DNA of 64,000 nt. It comes from Eledone cirrhosa. Taxonomy: Eukaryota. Numbering within the stretch: the stretch's first letter is position 1; every line of letters starts with the position of its first letter. Below the pieces are notes generated by a model. It ran no database searches. It saw only the letters and a list, made by a program, of their open reading frames with translations, and was not told the DNA's origin. The DNA lies in NCBI GenBank assembly GCA_964016885.1, contig OZ024741.1, positions 163,184,001 to 163,248,000 on the forward strand, given 5' to 3'. The translations under genes were made by a program, and so were the position numbers. Shown piece after piece: positions 23,201-36,474 of this stretch.

Positions 23201-26200
23201 GTAGTAATGTCATAGTAATGTCTGTCAGTGGCAGTGTTAGTGAAGGAAGAGGTGCTGGTGGTAGATGGTAGTAATGTCGTAGTAATGTCTGTCAGTGGCA
23301 GTGTTAGTGAAGGGAGAGGTGCTGGTGGTAGATGGTAGTGATGTCGTAGTAATGTCTGTCAGTGGCAGTGTTAGTGAAGGGAGAGGTGCTGGTGGTAGAT
23401 GGTATTGATGTCGTAGTAATGTCTGTCAGTGGCAGTGTTAGTGAAGGGAGTGGTGCTGGTGGTAGATGGTAGTAATGTCGTAGTAATGTCTGTCAGTGAC
23501 AGTGTTAGTGAAGGGAGAGGTGCTGGTGGTAGATGGTATTGATGTCGTAGTAATGTCTGTCAGTGGCAGTGTTAGTGAAGGGAGTGGTGCTGGTGGTAGA
23601 TGGTAGTAATGTCGTAGTAATGTCTGTCAGTGGCAGTGTTAGTGAAGGGAGAGGTGCTGGTGGTAGATGGTAGTAATGTCGTAGTAATGTCTGTCAGTGG
23701 CAGTGTTAGTGAAGGGAGAGGTGCTGGTGGTAGATGGTAGTAATGTCGTAGTAATGTCTGTCAGTGGCAGTGTTAGTGAAGGGAGAGGTGCTGGTGGTAG
23801 ATGGTAGTAATGTCGTAGTAATGTCTGTCAGTGACAGTGTTAGTGAAGGGAGTGGTGCTGGTGGTAGATGGTAGTAATGTCGTAGTAATGTCTGTCAGTG
23901 ACAGTGTTAGTGAAGGGAGAGGTGCTGGTGGTAGATGGAAGTAATGTCGTAGTAATGTCTGTCAGTGGCAGTGTTAGTGAAGGGAGTGGTGCTGGTGGTA
24001 GATGGTAGTAATGTAGTAGTAATGTCTGTCAGTGGCAGTGTTAGTGAAGGGAGAGGTGCTGGTGGTAGATGGTAGTAATGTCGTAGTAATGTCTGTCAGT
24101 GACAGTGTTAGTGAAGGGAGTGGTGCTGATGGTAGATGGTAGTGATGTCGTAGTAATGTCTGTCAGTGACAGTGTTAGTGAAGGGAGTGGTGCTGGTGGT
24201 AGATGGTAGTAATGTCGTAGTAATGTCTGTCAGTGGCAGTGTAAGTGAAGGGAGTGGTGCTGTTGGTAGATGGTAGTAATGTCGTAGTAATGTCTGTCAG
24301 TGGCAGTGTTAGTGAAGGGAGAGGTGCTGGTGGTAGATGGTAGTAATGTCGTGGTAATGTCTGTCAGTGGCAGTGTTAGTGAAGGGAGAGGTGCTGGTGG
24401 TAGATGGTAGTAATGTCGTGGTAATGTTTGTCAGTGGCAGTGTTAGTGAAGGGAGTGGTGCTGGTGGTAGATGGTAGTAATGTCGTAGTAATGTCTGTCA
24501 GTGGCAGTGTTAGTGAAGGGAGTGGTGCTGGTGGTAGATGGTAGTAATGTCGTAGTAATGTCTGTCAGTGGCAGTGTTAGTGAAGGTAGTGGTGCTGGTG
24601 GTAGATGGTAGTAATGTCGTAGTAATGTCTGTCAGTGGCAGTGTTAGTGAAGGGAGAGGTGCTGGTGGTAGATGGTAGTGATGTCGTAGTAATGTCTGTC
24701 AGTGGCAGTGTTAGTGAAGGGAGTGGTGCTGGTGGTAGATGGTAGTGATGTCGTAGTAATGTCTGTCAGTGGCAGTGTAAGTGAAGGGAGAGGTGCTGGT
24801 GGTAGATGGTACTGATGTCGTAGTAATGTCTGTCAGTGGCAGTGTTAGTGAAGGGAGAGGTGCTGGTGGTAGATGGTAGTATTGTCGTAGTAATGTCTGT
24901 CAGTGACAGTATTAGTGAAGGGAGAGGTGCTGGTGGTAGATGGTATTGATGTCGTAGTAATGTCTGTCAGAGTCAGTGTAAGTGAAGGGAGTGGTGCTGG
25001 TGGTAGATGGTAGTAATGTCGTAGTAATGTCTGTCAGTGGCAGTGTTAGTGAAGGGAGTGGTGCTGGTGGTAGATGGTAGTAATGTCGTAGTAATGTCTG
25101 TCAGTGGCAGTGTTAGTGAAGGGAGTGGTGCTGGTGGTAGATGGTAGTAATGTAGTAGTAATGTCTGTCAGTGGCAGTGTTAGTGAAGGGAGTGGTGCTG
25201 GTGGTAGATGGTAGTGATGTCGTAGTAATGTCTGTCAGTGGCAGTGTAAGTGAAGGGAGTGGTGCTGGTGGTAGATGGTAGTGATGTCGTAGTAATGTCT
25301 GTCAGTGGCAGTGTTAGTGAAGGGAGTGGTGCTGGTGGTAGATGGTAGTAATGTCGTAGTAATGTCTGTCAGTGGCAGTGTTAGTGAAGGGAGTGGTGCT
25401 GGTGGTAGATGGTAGTAATGTCGAAGTAATGTTTGTCAGTGGCAGTGTTAGTGAAGGGAGTGGTGCTGGTGGTAGATGGTAGTAATGTCGTAGTAATGTC
25501 TGTCAGTGGCAGTGTTAGTGAAGGGAGTGGTGCTGGTGGTAGATGGTAGTAATGTCGAAGTAATGTTTGTCAGTGGCAGTGTTAGTGAAGGGAGTGGTGC
25601 TGGTGGTAGATGGTAGTAATGTCGTAGTAATGTCTGTCAGTGGCAGTGTAAGTGAAGGGAGAGGTGCTGGTGGTAGATGGTAGTAATGTCGTAGTAATGT
25701 CTGTCTGTGGCAGTGTTAGTGAAGGGAGAGGTACTGGTGGTAGATGGTAGTGATGTCGTAGTAATGTCTGTCAGTGACAGTGTTAGTGAAGGGAGTGGTG
25801 CTGGTGGTAGATGGTAGTGATGTCGTAGTAATGTCTGTCAGTGGCAGTGTTAGTGAAGGGAGTGGTGCTGGTGGTAGATGGTAGTAATGTCGTAGTAATG
25901 TCTGTCAGTGGCAGTGTTAGTGAAGGGAGAGGTGCTGGTGGTAGATGGTAGTAATGTCGTAGTAATGTCTGTCAGTGGCAGTGTTAGTGAAGGGAGAGGT
26001 GCTGGTGGTAGATGGTAGTAATGTCGTAGTAATGTCTGTCAGTGGCAGTGTAAGTGAAGGGAGAGGTGCTGGTGGTAGATGGTAGTGATGTCGTAGTAAT
26101 GTCTGTCAGTGACAGTGTTAGTGAAGGGAGTGGTGCTGGTGGTAGATGGTAGTGATGTCGTAGTAATGTCTGTCAGTGACAGTGTTAGTGAAGGGAGTGG

Positions 26201-29200
26201 TGCTGGTGGTAGATGGTAGAGATGTCGTAGTAATGTCTGTCAGTGGCAGTGTTAGTGAAGGGAGTGGTGCTGGTGGTAGATGGTAGTGATGTCGTAGTAA
26301 TGTCTGTCAGTGGCAGTGTTAGTGAAGGGAGTGGTGCTGGTGGTAGATGGTAGTAATGTCGTAGTAATGTCTGTCAGTGGCAGTGTTAGTGAAGGGAGAG
26401 GTGCTGGTGGTAGATGGTAGAGATGTCGTAGTAATGTCTGTCAGTGGCAGTGTTAGTGAAGGGAGTGGTGCTGGTGGTAGATGGTAGTGATGTCGTAGTA
26501 ATGTCTGTCAGTGGCAGTGTTAGTGAAGGGAGTGGTGCTGGTGGTAGATGGTAGTAATGTCGTAGTAATGTCTGTCAGTGGCAGTGTTAGTGAAGGGAGA
26601 GGTGCTGGTGGTAGATGGTAGTAATGTCGTAGTAATGTCTGTCAGTGGCAGTGTTAGTGAAGGGAGTGGTGCCGGTGGTAGATGGTAGTAATGTCGTAGT
26701 AATGTCTGTCAGTGGCAGTGTTAGTGAAGGGAGAGGTACTGGTGGTAGATGGTAGTGATGTCGTAGTAATGTCTGTCAGTGGCAGTGTTAGTGAAGGGAG
26801 AGGTGCTGGTGGTAGATGGTAGTAATGTCGTAGTAATGTCTGTCAGTGGCAGTGTTAGTGAAGGGAGAGGTGCTGGTGGTAGATGGTAGTAATGTCGTAA
26901 TAATGTCTGTCAGTGGCAGTGTAAGTGAAGCGAGAGGTGCTGGTGGTAGATGGTAGTACTGTCGTAGTAATGTCTGTCAGTGGCAGTGTTAGTGAAGGGA
27001 GTGGTGCTGGTGGTAGATGGTAGTAATGTCTGTCAGTGGCAGTGTTAGTGAAGGGAGAGGTGCTGGTGGTAGATGGTAGTAATGTCGTAGTAATGTCTGT
27101 CAGTGGCAGTGTTAGTGAAGGGAGTGGTGCTGGTGGTAGATGGTAGTGATGTCGTAGTAATGTCTGTCTGTGGCAGTGTTAGTGAAGGGAGAGGTACTGG
27201 TGGTAGATGGTAGTGATGTCGTAGTAATGTCTGTCAGTGACAGTGTTAGTGAAGGGAGTGGTGCTGGTGGTAGATGGTAGTGATGTCGTAGTAATGTCTG
27301 TCAGTGGCAGTGTTAGTGAAGGGAGTGGTGCTGGTGGTAGATGGTAGTAATGTCGTAGTAATGTCTGTCAGTGGCAGTGTTAGTGAAGGGAGAGGTGCTG
27401 GTGGTACATGGTAGTAATGTCGTAGTAATGTCTGTCAGTGGCAGTGTTAGTGAAGGGAGAGGTGCTGGTGGTAGATGGTAGTAATGTCGTAGTAATGTCT
27501 GTCAGTGGCAGTGTAAGTGAAGGGAGAGGTGCTGGTGGTAGATGGTAGTGATGTCGTAGTAATGTCTGTCAGTGACAGTGTTAGTGAAGGGAGTGGTGCT
27601 GGTGGTAGATGGTAGTGATGTCGTAGTAATGTCTGTCAGTGACAGTGTTAGTGAAGGGAGTGGTGCTGGTGGTAGATGGTAGAGATGTCGTAGTAATGTC
27701 TGTCAGTGGCAGTGTTAGTGAAGGGAGTGGTGCTGGTGGTAGATGGTAGTGATGTCGTAGTAATGTCTGTCAGTGGCAGTGTTAGTGAAGGGAGTGGTGC
27801 TGGTGGTAGATGGTAGTAATGTCGTAGTAATGTCTGTCAGTGGCAGTGTTAGTGAAGGGAGAGGTGCTGGTGGTAGATGGTAGAGATGTCGTAGTAATGT
27901 CTGTCAGTGGCAGTGTTAGTGAAGGGAGTGGTGCTGGTGGTAGATGGTAGTGATGTCGTAGTAATGTCTGTCAGTGGCAGTGTTAGTGAAGGGAGTGGTG
28001 CTGGTGGTAGATGGTAGTAATGTCGTAGTAATGTCTGTCAGTGGCAGTGTTAGTGAAGGGAGAGGTGCTGGTGGTAGATGGTAGTAATGTCGTAGTAATG
28101 TCTGTCAGTGGCAGTGTTAGTGAAGGGAGTGGTGCCGGTGGTAGATGGTAGTAATGTCGTAGTAATGTCTGTCAGTGGCAGTGTTAGTGAAGGGAGAGGT
28201 ACTGGTGGTAGATGGTAGTGATGTCGTAGTAATGTCTGTCAGTGGCAGTGTTAGTGAAGGGAGAGGTGCTGGTGGTAGATGGTAGTAATGTCGTAGTAAT
28301 GTCTGTCAGTGGCAGTGTTAGTGAAGGGAGAGGTGCTGGTGGTAGATGGTAGTAATGTCGTAATAATGTCTGTCAGTGGCAGTGTAAGTGAAGCGAGAGG
28401 TGCTGGTGGTAGATGGTAGTACTGTCGTAGTAATGTCTGTCAGTGGCAGTGTTAGTGAAGGGAGTGGTGCTGGTGGTAGATGGTAGTAATGTCTGTCAGT
28501 GGCAGTGTTAGTGAAGGGAGAGGTGCTGGTGGTAGATGGTAGTAATGTCGTAGTAATGTCTGTCAGTGGCAGTGTTAGTGAAGGGAGTGGTGCTGGTGGT
28601 AGATGGTAGTGATGTCGTAGTAATGTCTGTCAGTGGCAGTGTTAGTGAAGGGAGTGGTGCTGGTGGTAGATGGTAGTAATGTCGTAGTAATGTCTGTCAG
28701 TGGCAGTGTTAGTGAAGGGAGTGGTGCTGGTGGTAGATGGTAATAATGTCGTAGTAATGTCTGTCAGTGGCAGTGTTAGTGAAGGGAGAGGTGCTGGTGG
28801 TAGATGGTAGTAATGTCGTAGTAATGTCTGTCAGTGACAGTGTTAGTGAAGGGAGTGGTGCTGATGGTAGATGGTAGTAATGTCGTAGTAATGTCTGTCA
28901 GTGGCAGTGTTAGTGAAGGGAGTGGTGCTGGTGGTAGATGGTAGTAATGTCGTAGTAATGTCTGTCAGTGGCAGTGTTAGTGAAGGGAGTGGTGCTGATG
29001 GTAGATGGTAGTAATGTCGTAGTAATGTCTGTCAGTGGTAGTGTTAGTGAAGGGAGAGGTGCTGGTGGTAGATGGTAGTAATGTCGTAGTAATGTCTGTC
29101 AGTGACAGTGTTAGTGAAGGGAGTGGTGCTGGTGGTAGATGGTAGTAATGTCGTAGTAATGTCTGTCAGTGACAGTGTTAGTGAAGGGAGTGGTGCTGGT

Positions 29201-31225
29201 GGTAGATGGTAGTAATGTCGTAGTAATGTCTGTCAGTGGCAGTGTTAGTGAAGGGAGAGGTGCTGGTGGTAGATGGTAGTAATGTCGTAGTAATGTCTGT
29301 CAGTGACAGTGTTAGTGAAGGGAGTGGTGCTGGTGGTAGATGGTAGTAATGTCGTAGTAATGTCTGTCAGTGGCAGTGTTAGTGAAGGGAGAGGTGCTGG
29401 TGGTAGATGGTAGTAATGTCGTAGTAATGTCTGTCAGTGACAGTGTTAGTGAAGGGAGTGGTGCTGGTGGTAGATGGTAGTAATGTCGTAGTAATGTCTG
29501 TCATGGCAGTGTTAGTGAAGGGAGAGGTGCTGGTGGTAGATGGTAGTAATGTCGTAGTAATGTCTGTCAGTGGCAGTGTAAGTGAAGGGAGTGGTGCTGG
29601 TGGTAGATGGTAGTGATGTCGTAGTAATGTCTGTCAGTGGCAGTGTTAGTGAAGGGAGTGGTGCTGGTGGTAGATGGTAGTGATGTCGTAGTAATGTCTG
29701 TCAGTGGCAGTGTTAGTGAAGAGAGTGGTGCTGGTGGTAGATGGTAGTATTGTCGTAGTAATGTCTGTCAGTGGCAGTGTTAGTGAAGGGAGAGGTACTG
29801 GTGGTAGATGGTAGTAATGTCGTAGTAATGTCTGTCAGTGGCAGTGTTAGTGAAGGGAGAGGTGCTGGTGGTAGATGGTAGTAATGTCGTAGTAATGTCT
29901 GTCAGTGGCAGTGTTAGTGAAGGGAGTGGTGCTGGTGGTAGATGGTAGTAATGTCGTAGTAATGTCTGTCAGTGGCAGTGTTAGTGAAGGGAGAGGTGCT
30001 GGTGGTAGATGGTAGTAATGTCGTAGTAATGTCTGTCAGTGGCAGTGTTAGTGAAGGGAGTGGTGCTGGTGGTAGATGGTAGTAATGTCGTAGTAATGTC
30101 TGTCAGTGGCAGTGTTAGTGAAGGGATTGGTGCTGGTGGTAGATGGTAGTAATGTCGTAGTAATGTCTGTCAGTGGCAGTGTTAGTGAAGGGAGTGGTGC
30201 TGATGGTAGATGGTAGTGATGTCGTAGTAATGTCTGTCAGTGACAGTGTTAGTGAAGGGAGTGGTGCTGGTGGTAGATGGTAGTAATGTCGTAGTAATGT
30301 CTGTCAGTGGCAGTGTAAGTGAAGGGAGTGGTGCTGGTGGTAGATGGTAGTAATGTCGTAGTAATGTCTGTCAGTGGCAGTGTTAGTGAAGGGAGTGGTG
30401 CTGGTGGTAGATGGTAGTAATGTCGTAGTAATGTCTGTCAGTGGCAGTGTTAGTGAAGGGAGAGGTGCTGGTGGTAGATGGTAGTAATGTCGTAGTAATG
30501 TCTGTCAGTGGCAGTGTTAGTGAAGGGAGAGGTGCTGGTGGTAGATGGTAGTAATGTCGTAGTAATGTCTGTCAGTGGCAGTGTTAGTGAAGGGAGAGGT
30601 GCTGGTGGTAGATGGTAGTAATGTCGTAGTAATGTCTGTCAGTGGCAGTGTTAGTGAAGGGAGAGGTGCTGGTGGTAGATGGTAGTAATGTCGTAGTAAT
30701 GTCTGTCAGTGACAGTGTTAGTGAAGGGAGTGGTGCTGGTGGTAGATGGTAGTAACGTCGTAGTAATGTCTGTCAGTGGCAGTGTTAGTGAAGGGAGTGG
30801 TGCTGGTGGTAGATGGTAGTAATGTCGTAGTAATGTCTGTCAGTGGCAGTGTTAGTGAAGGGAGAGGTGCTGGTGGTAGATGGTAGTAATGTCGTAGTAA
30901 TGTCTGTCAGTGGCAGTGTTAGTGAAGGGAGTGGTGCTGGTGGTAGATGGTAGTAATGTCGTAGTAATGTCTGTCAGTGGCAGTGTTAGTGAAGGGAGAG
31001 GTGCTGGTGGTAGATGGTAGTAATGTCGTAGTAATGTCTGTCAGTGGCAGTGTTAGTGAAGGGAGTGGTGCTGGTGGTAGATGGTAGTAATGTCGTAGTA
31101 ATGTCTGTCAGTGGCAGTGTTAGTGAAGGGAGAGGTGCTGGTGGTAGATGGTAGTAATGTCGTAGTAATGTCTGTCAGTGGCAGTGTTAGTGAAGGGAGA
31201 GGTACTGGTTGTAGATGGTAGTAAT
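14210..31225. repeat. 67-bp tandem satellite, ~254 copies, with higher-order repeats
   Basis: Consensus AGTAATGTCGTAGTAATGTCTGTCAGTGGCAGTGTTAGTGAAGGGAG[T/A]GGTGCTGGTGGTAGATGGT; period measured 14221 to 14288. Confidence 0.98.
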
Positions 31226-31230
31226 GGCGT

Positions 31231-31315
31231 TGCCTTTCATCCTTACGAGGTCGATAAAATAAAGTACTAGTAATGCACTGAGATAATTTCCGGCCTTGTG
31301 CCAAAAGTAGAAATA
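31231..31315 (+). mobile_element. SINE S1 3' fragment abutting the satellite end
   Basis: TGCCTTTCATCCTTACGAGGTCGATAAAATAAAGTAC..GGCCTTGTGCCAAAAGTAGAAA. Confidence 0.8.
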
Positions 31316-31319
31316 ATAA

Positions 31320-33070
31320 TGTTGGCGTTGGTATAAAGAGTGGTGTTGGTCGTATTGGGGATGGCAGTGGTGTTGGTATCAGAGGTGATGGTATTGGTGG
31401 CGAAAATGGAGGTGTTGATGGGGTGAAGGTGGTGTTAGTGCTAGTTGTGGTGGTGGTTATTAGTATTGGTATTTTTGGTGGCGGTGGATGTGGTTGTGCT
31501 GGTGGTGGTATGTAGTGTAGTGTTGTTGGTGGTGACGGTGATGTGAATTAGTGTTAGTATTTTTGGTAGTGGTGGTAGTGGTATGTGATGTTGCTGTTGG
31601 TGATGGTGTGAATTGGTCTTGGTATTTTTGGTAGTGTTGGTGGTGGCTGTATGTAGTGTTGCTGGTGATAGTGGTTTGAATTAGTGTTTGTATTTGTGGT
31701 AGTGATAGTGGTGGTATATAGTGTTGCTGTTATTGGTGGTGATGGTGGTGATGGTGATGTGAATTGGTATGTAGTGTTGCTGTTGGTGGTGATGGTGATG
31801 TGAATTGGTGTTGGTATTTTGGTAGTGGTGCTATGTTGTGTTGCTGTTGTTGGTGATGATGATGATGGTTATTAGTGTTAGGCTTTTTTGGTAGCGGTGG
31901 TTGTGGTGGTAGTGGTACGTAGTGGTGGTGGTGGTGTTGGTGGTGATGGTAGTTTGAATTGATGTTGGTATTTTTGGTAGTGGTAGTGGTGGTGCTATGT
32001 AGTGTTGCTGTTGTTGGTGTTGATGATGATGGTTATTAGTGTTAGGCTTTTTTGGTAGCGGTGGTTGTGGTGGTAGTGGTACGTAGTGTTGGTGGTGGTG
32101 TTGGTGGTGATGGTAGTTTGAATTGATGTTGGTATTTTTGGTAGTGGTAGTGGTGCTATGTAGTGTTGCTGTTGTTGGTGTTGGTGGCATTGTTATGTAT
32201 GATATCAGTATTGTTGTGTTATTTATGGTTGAAGAAGTGACAGTACGTAAGAAGTTTTTTAGAGTAAACATTGGGAATAGTGGAGGTTGACGTAACCAAC
32301 ATATAGACAGTTTGGTGAGGGTGGATGGGTGATGAAGCTTTGGGGGTTGTGGGGTGGTTGTCTGGGTTGTAGCTATGTGTTGCTGGTGGTAGTACTGTTA
32401 GTGATTGTGGTATGCGGTGTTAGTGTTAGTGGTGATGATGGTGTCGGTGGTGGTACCGGTGTTGGTGTTGGTTTTGGTATTGTTAGTGATGATGGTCGCA
32501 CGTGGTGGTGGTTGTGGTGGTATAGTTATTGGTCGCGGTGGTGGTAGCGGCGGCGGTGATGGTGGTTGTGGTTGTGGTGGTATAGTTGTTGGTCGTGGTG
32601 GTGGCAGTGGCGGCGGTGATAGTATTAGTAGCGGCGGCGGTGATGGTGGTTGTGGTTGTGGTGGTATAGTTGTTGGTCGTGGTGGTGGCAGTGGCGGCGG
32701 TGATAGTATTAGTAGCGGCGGCGTTGATGGTGGTTGGGGTTGTGGTGGTATAGTTGTTGGTCGTGGTGGTGGCAGTGGCGGCGGTGATAGTATTAGTAGC
32801 GGCGGCGGTGATGGTGGTTGTGGTTGTGGTGGTATAGTTGTTGGTCGTGGTGGTGGCAGTGGCGGCGGTGATAGTATTAGTAGCGGCGGCGGTGATGGTG
32901 GTTGTGGTTGTGCTGGTATAGTTGTTGATCGTGGTGGTGGTAGTGGCGGCGGTGATAGTATTAGTAGCGGCGGCGGTGATGGTGGTTGTGGTTGTGCTGG
33001 TATAGTTGTTGATCGTGGTGGTGGTAGTGGCGCCGGTGATAGTATTAGTGGTGGTTGTGGTGGTGGTTGA
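31320..33070. repeat. GGT/GTT-rich low-complexity tract including a ~164-bp duplication and an 84-bp minisatellite (~6 copies, ~32560-33060)
   Basis: TATAGTTGTT recurs at 32581, 32665 and 32749; TAGTGTTAGGCTTTTTTGG at ~31873 and ~32037. Confidence 0.9.
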
Positions 33071-33302
33071 GGTTGAGAGAGTCAGCATGAGGACAGGTTA
33101 ATGTGAGGTGAGGTTAGAGGAGATTGTTAATGAGATGAGAGGAGAGGATAATGTTTGAACGATTTGATTTGCACGGTGTGTTATTGTGGGTGTATATCGG
33201 GTACGGCGTAGGTGGGCCTCTGACGAGATTTCTAGTGAAATACTACGCGGAAGGCTTGGCATTACACAGCGTTTTAACGAAAGAGGCGGATGCTTTCTAA
33301 AC

Positions 33303-33820
33303 TATGTATGTATGTATCTATGTATGTATGTATGTATGTATGTATGTATGTATGTATGTATGTATGTATGTATGTATGTATGTATGTATGTATGTATGTG
33401 TGTGTGTGTATGTATGTATGTATGTATGTATGTATGTATGTATGTATGTATGTGTGTATGTATGTATGTATGTATGTATGTGTGTATGTATGTATGTATG
33501 TATGTATGTATGTATGTATGTATGTATGTATGTATGTATGTATGTATGTATGTATGTATGTGTGTGTGTATGTATGTGTGTATGTATGTATGTATGTATG
33601 TATGTACGCACGTATGTTTATATATATATATATATGTATGTATGTATGTATGTGTGTGTGTATGTATGTATGTATGTATGTATGTATGTATGTATGTATG
33701 TATGTATGTATGTATGTATGTACGCATGTATGTTTATATATATATATATATGCATGTATGTATGTATGTATGTATGTATGTATGTATGTATGTATGTATG
33801 TATGTATATACGCATGTATG

Positions 33821-33873
<53 letters not shown>

Positions 33874-35215
33874 GTGTGTATGTATAATGTTATGTACATA
33901 TTTGTATGTACTCATCTTTGTTTATATTATATATGTCTTTATGTATGCCACGTATGTATGTATGTATATACGCATGTATGCTTATATATATGTATGTATG
34001 TATATATGTGTGTGTATCTATGTATGCATAATTTTATGTACATATTTGTATGTAGTCATGTATGTTTGTATTATATATGTCTTTATGTATGCAACGGATG
34101 TATGTATGTGCGTATGTATGCATGTATGTGCGTATATAAACTTGTATGTATATATTTGTATGTAAGCATGTATTCATGTTTGTATACATGTATTTATGAA
34201 CGTATATGTATGTATGTATGTATCTATGTATGTGCGTATGTATTTTTTTATGTACATATATGTATATACGCATGTATGTTTATATTATATAAGTTTGTAT
34301 GAATGTATGTATGTATCTATGTATGCATGTATGTATGTATGTTTGAATGTGTGTATGTATGTTTGAATGTATGTTTGAATGTATGTATGTATGTATGTAT
34401 GTATGTATGTATGTATGTATGTATGTATGTATGTACGTATGTATGTATTTGTGTACGTATAAGCACAGCTATAAGCGACATATGTTAGTGTATTGATATT
34501 TTGTTTTGCGTAAGGCTCCAGTTAACTTCTGTGCTGTGTGTGTGTGTATCTGTGTGTGTAGCTGTGTGTTTGTGTGTGTGTATCTGTGTGTGTGTGTGTG
34601 TTTTAGTTTTTTTTTTTAAATTGTGTAAACATTGAATATGAATGTGTGTTTGTGCGTGTCTGTGTGTGTTTGTGTGTGTATGTGTGTGTATCTGTGTGTG
34701 TGTCTGTGTGTGTGTAGCTGTGTGTAGCTGTGTATCTGTGTGTGTGTGTGCGCGTGTTTGTGTGTGTATCTGTGTGTCTGTCTGTGTGTGTATATGTGTG
34801 TGTGTGTGTCTATGTATGTATCCGTGGGTATGTGTGTATGTGAGTGTGTGTGTATATGTGTGTGTGTCTATGTATGTATGTGTGGGTGTGTTTTTGTGTG
34901 TTTGTGTGTGTGTGTGCTTATATGAGTCTATGTGTGATTATACGAGTGTCGACTTTCCATCTATGTATATGTATATACGTGGTTGTCATTGAACTAGCAA
35001 TGCATATATTGACACACACACACACATATATACTTAAAAGTATGTGATGTATGTATAATAGTTTTATCCTTTGTATTATATAGACCTATATATACATGTG
35101 TATATATATATTTATATACGTATATATATATATATATATATATGTAAAAATATATATATATATATGTGGGTGTGCATATACGTACACATACATATATGTG
35201 TGTGTATATATATAC

Positions 35216-35267
<52 letters not shown>

Positions 35268-35373
35268 CTGTGTGTGTTTATAATATATATATATGTATGT
35301 GTGTATATATATATGTATAAATATATATATGTATGTATGTACATATATATATGTATATATGTATATGTACATA

Positions 35374-35458
<85 letters not shown>

Positions 35459-36048
35459 AATGTCTGTGAGTAGATGTATGTATATATGTATGTATGTGCG
35501 TTTTTGTGAATGCTTGTGTACATGCTAACATTTCAACAAGTGTAGGCGCAATAAGAAAAGGGGTTAGAGTGAGAGAAAATGAGGATGAAGGAGAAAAAGA
35601 GAGAAATATAAGAGATGATGAATTGGAATCTATAACAATTGTTAGAAAAGGAGGTACGAAGAAAAGAAGAACGAAGAATGGAAAAATAAAGGAAGCTTCG
35701 GATAGAAAGGGAATGAAGGAAAGAGAGAAATTGGGAAGGGTATGCTAAACAAATATTGGACTTGATGAACGAAACTAAATATGAACGAAGTAAAATCTAT
35801 CGATGTGTAATAAATAATTATAAATATAGAAGTGAGAAAAACAATATGTAAGCTATAAAGGAAACCAAGATGAAGAAGGAAAAGGAAAAAGAAGGAATGT
35901 AGAGGAAAGTAGAAGTGGGGATGGGTTAATTTAGAAAACTTATGAAAAAGGGGCCGATAAAGGAATGAATCTCACACTAAATATATATATGTGTGTGTGT
36001 GTGTATATATAAATATATATATATATATATATAAATATAAATCTATAT

Positions 36049-36137
<89 letters not shown>

Positions 36138-36166
36138 AAAATATATATATATATATATATATATAA

Positions 36167-36237
<71 letters not shown>
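33303..36237. repeat. Compound microsatellite field: (TATG)n, (TG)n, (TA)n, interrupted by a purine-rich tract at ~35530-35975
   Basis: Direct reading; explains the many YVCM/YIYI ORFs. Confidence 0.95.
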
Positions 36238-36239
<2 letters not shown>

Positions 36240-36340
36240 TATTGTTTCCGTTGAGAATTGAAAAAGTCATAGGAGTGAAGAGTGCTCTAGGTAAGTACCA
36301 GAGCTAAATTTAATGTATAATAAACAATACAATATAATTA

Positions 36341-36408
36341 CCTCATTACCAGAGGTTTCCCGAATAAGACGAATACGAAACACGTCCTCATTCGTTCATC
36401 GGACAAGG
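36341..36408 (-). ncRNA. Hammerhead-like motif (CCGATGA = U4C core) in an inverted pLTR-like segment upstream of the PLE ORF
   Basis: Minus strand reads CCTTGT-CCGATGA-ACGAATGAGGACG...CGTCTTATTCGG-GAAA-CC TCT GG-TA-ATGAGG. Confidence 0.6.
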
Positions 36409-36474
36409 AGATTTAAAACATAGTGAAATATTTGAAAAATCTCGTCAAGAAAGGCAAGAGTTTAACGGGCAAAA

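Noticed and set aside
14210-31225. CRISPR-like array or giant coding repeat
   Set aside because: No unique spacers. The 67-bp unit is not a multiple of 3 and reading frames hit stops within a few units.
32405-33088. Gly-rich (+) and Thr-rich (-) ORFs of ~200 aa
   Set aside because: Produced by an 84-bp minisatellite; I found no convincing splice acceptor or donor bracketing them.
33216-33255. GCCT-CTGACGA..GAAA..AGGC hammerhead-like string
   Set aside because: No NUH triplet, and stems II and III pair poorly; possibly a decayed copy but unsupported.
33186-36270. Long [12 protein letters not shown] ORFs (also at 41400-42000, 45500-46900 and 59500-60500)
   Set aside because: Translations of (TATG)n, (TA)n and (TG)n microsatellites.
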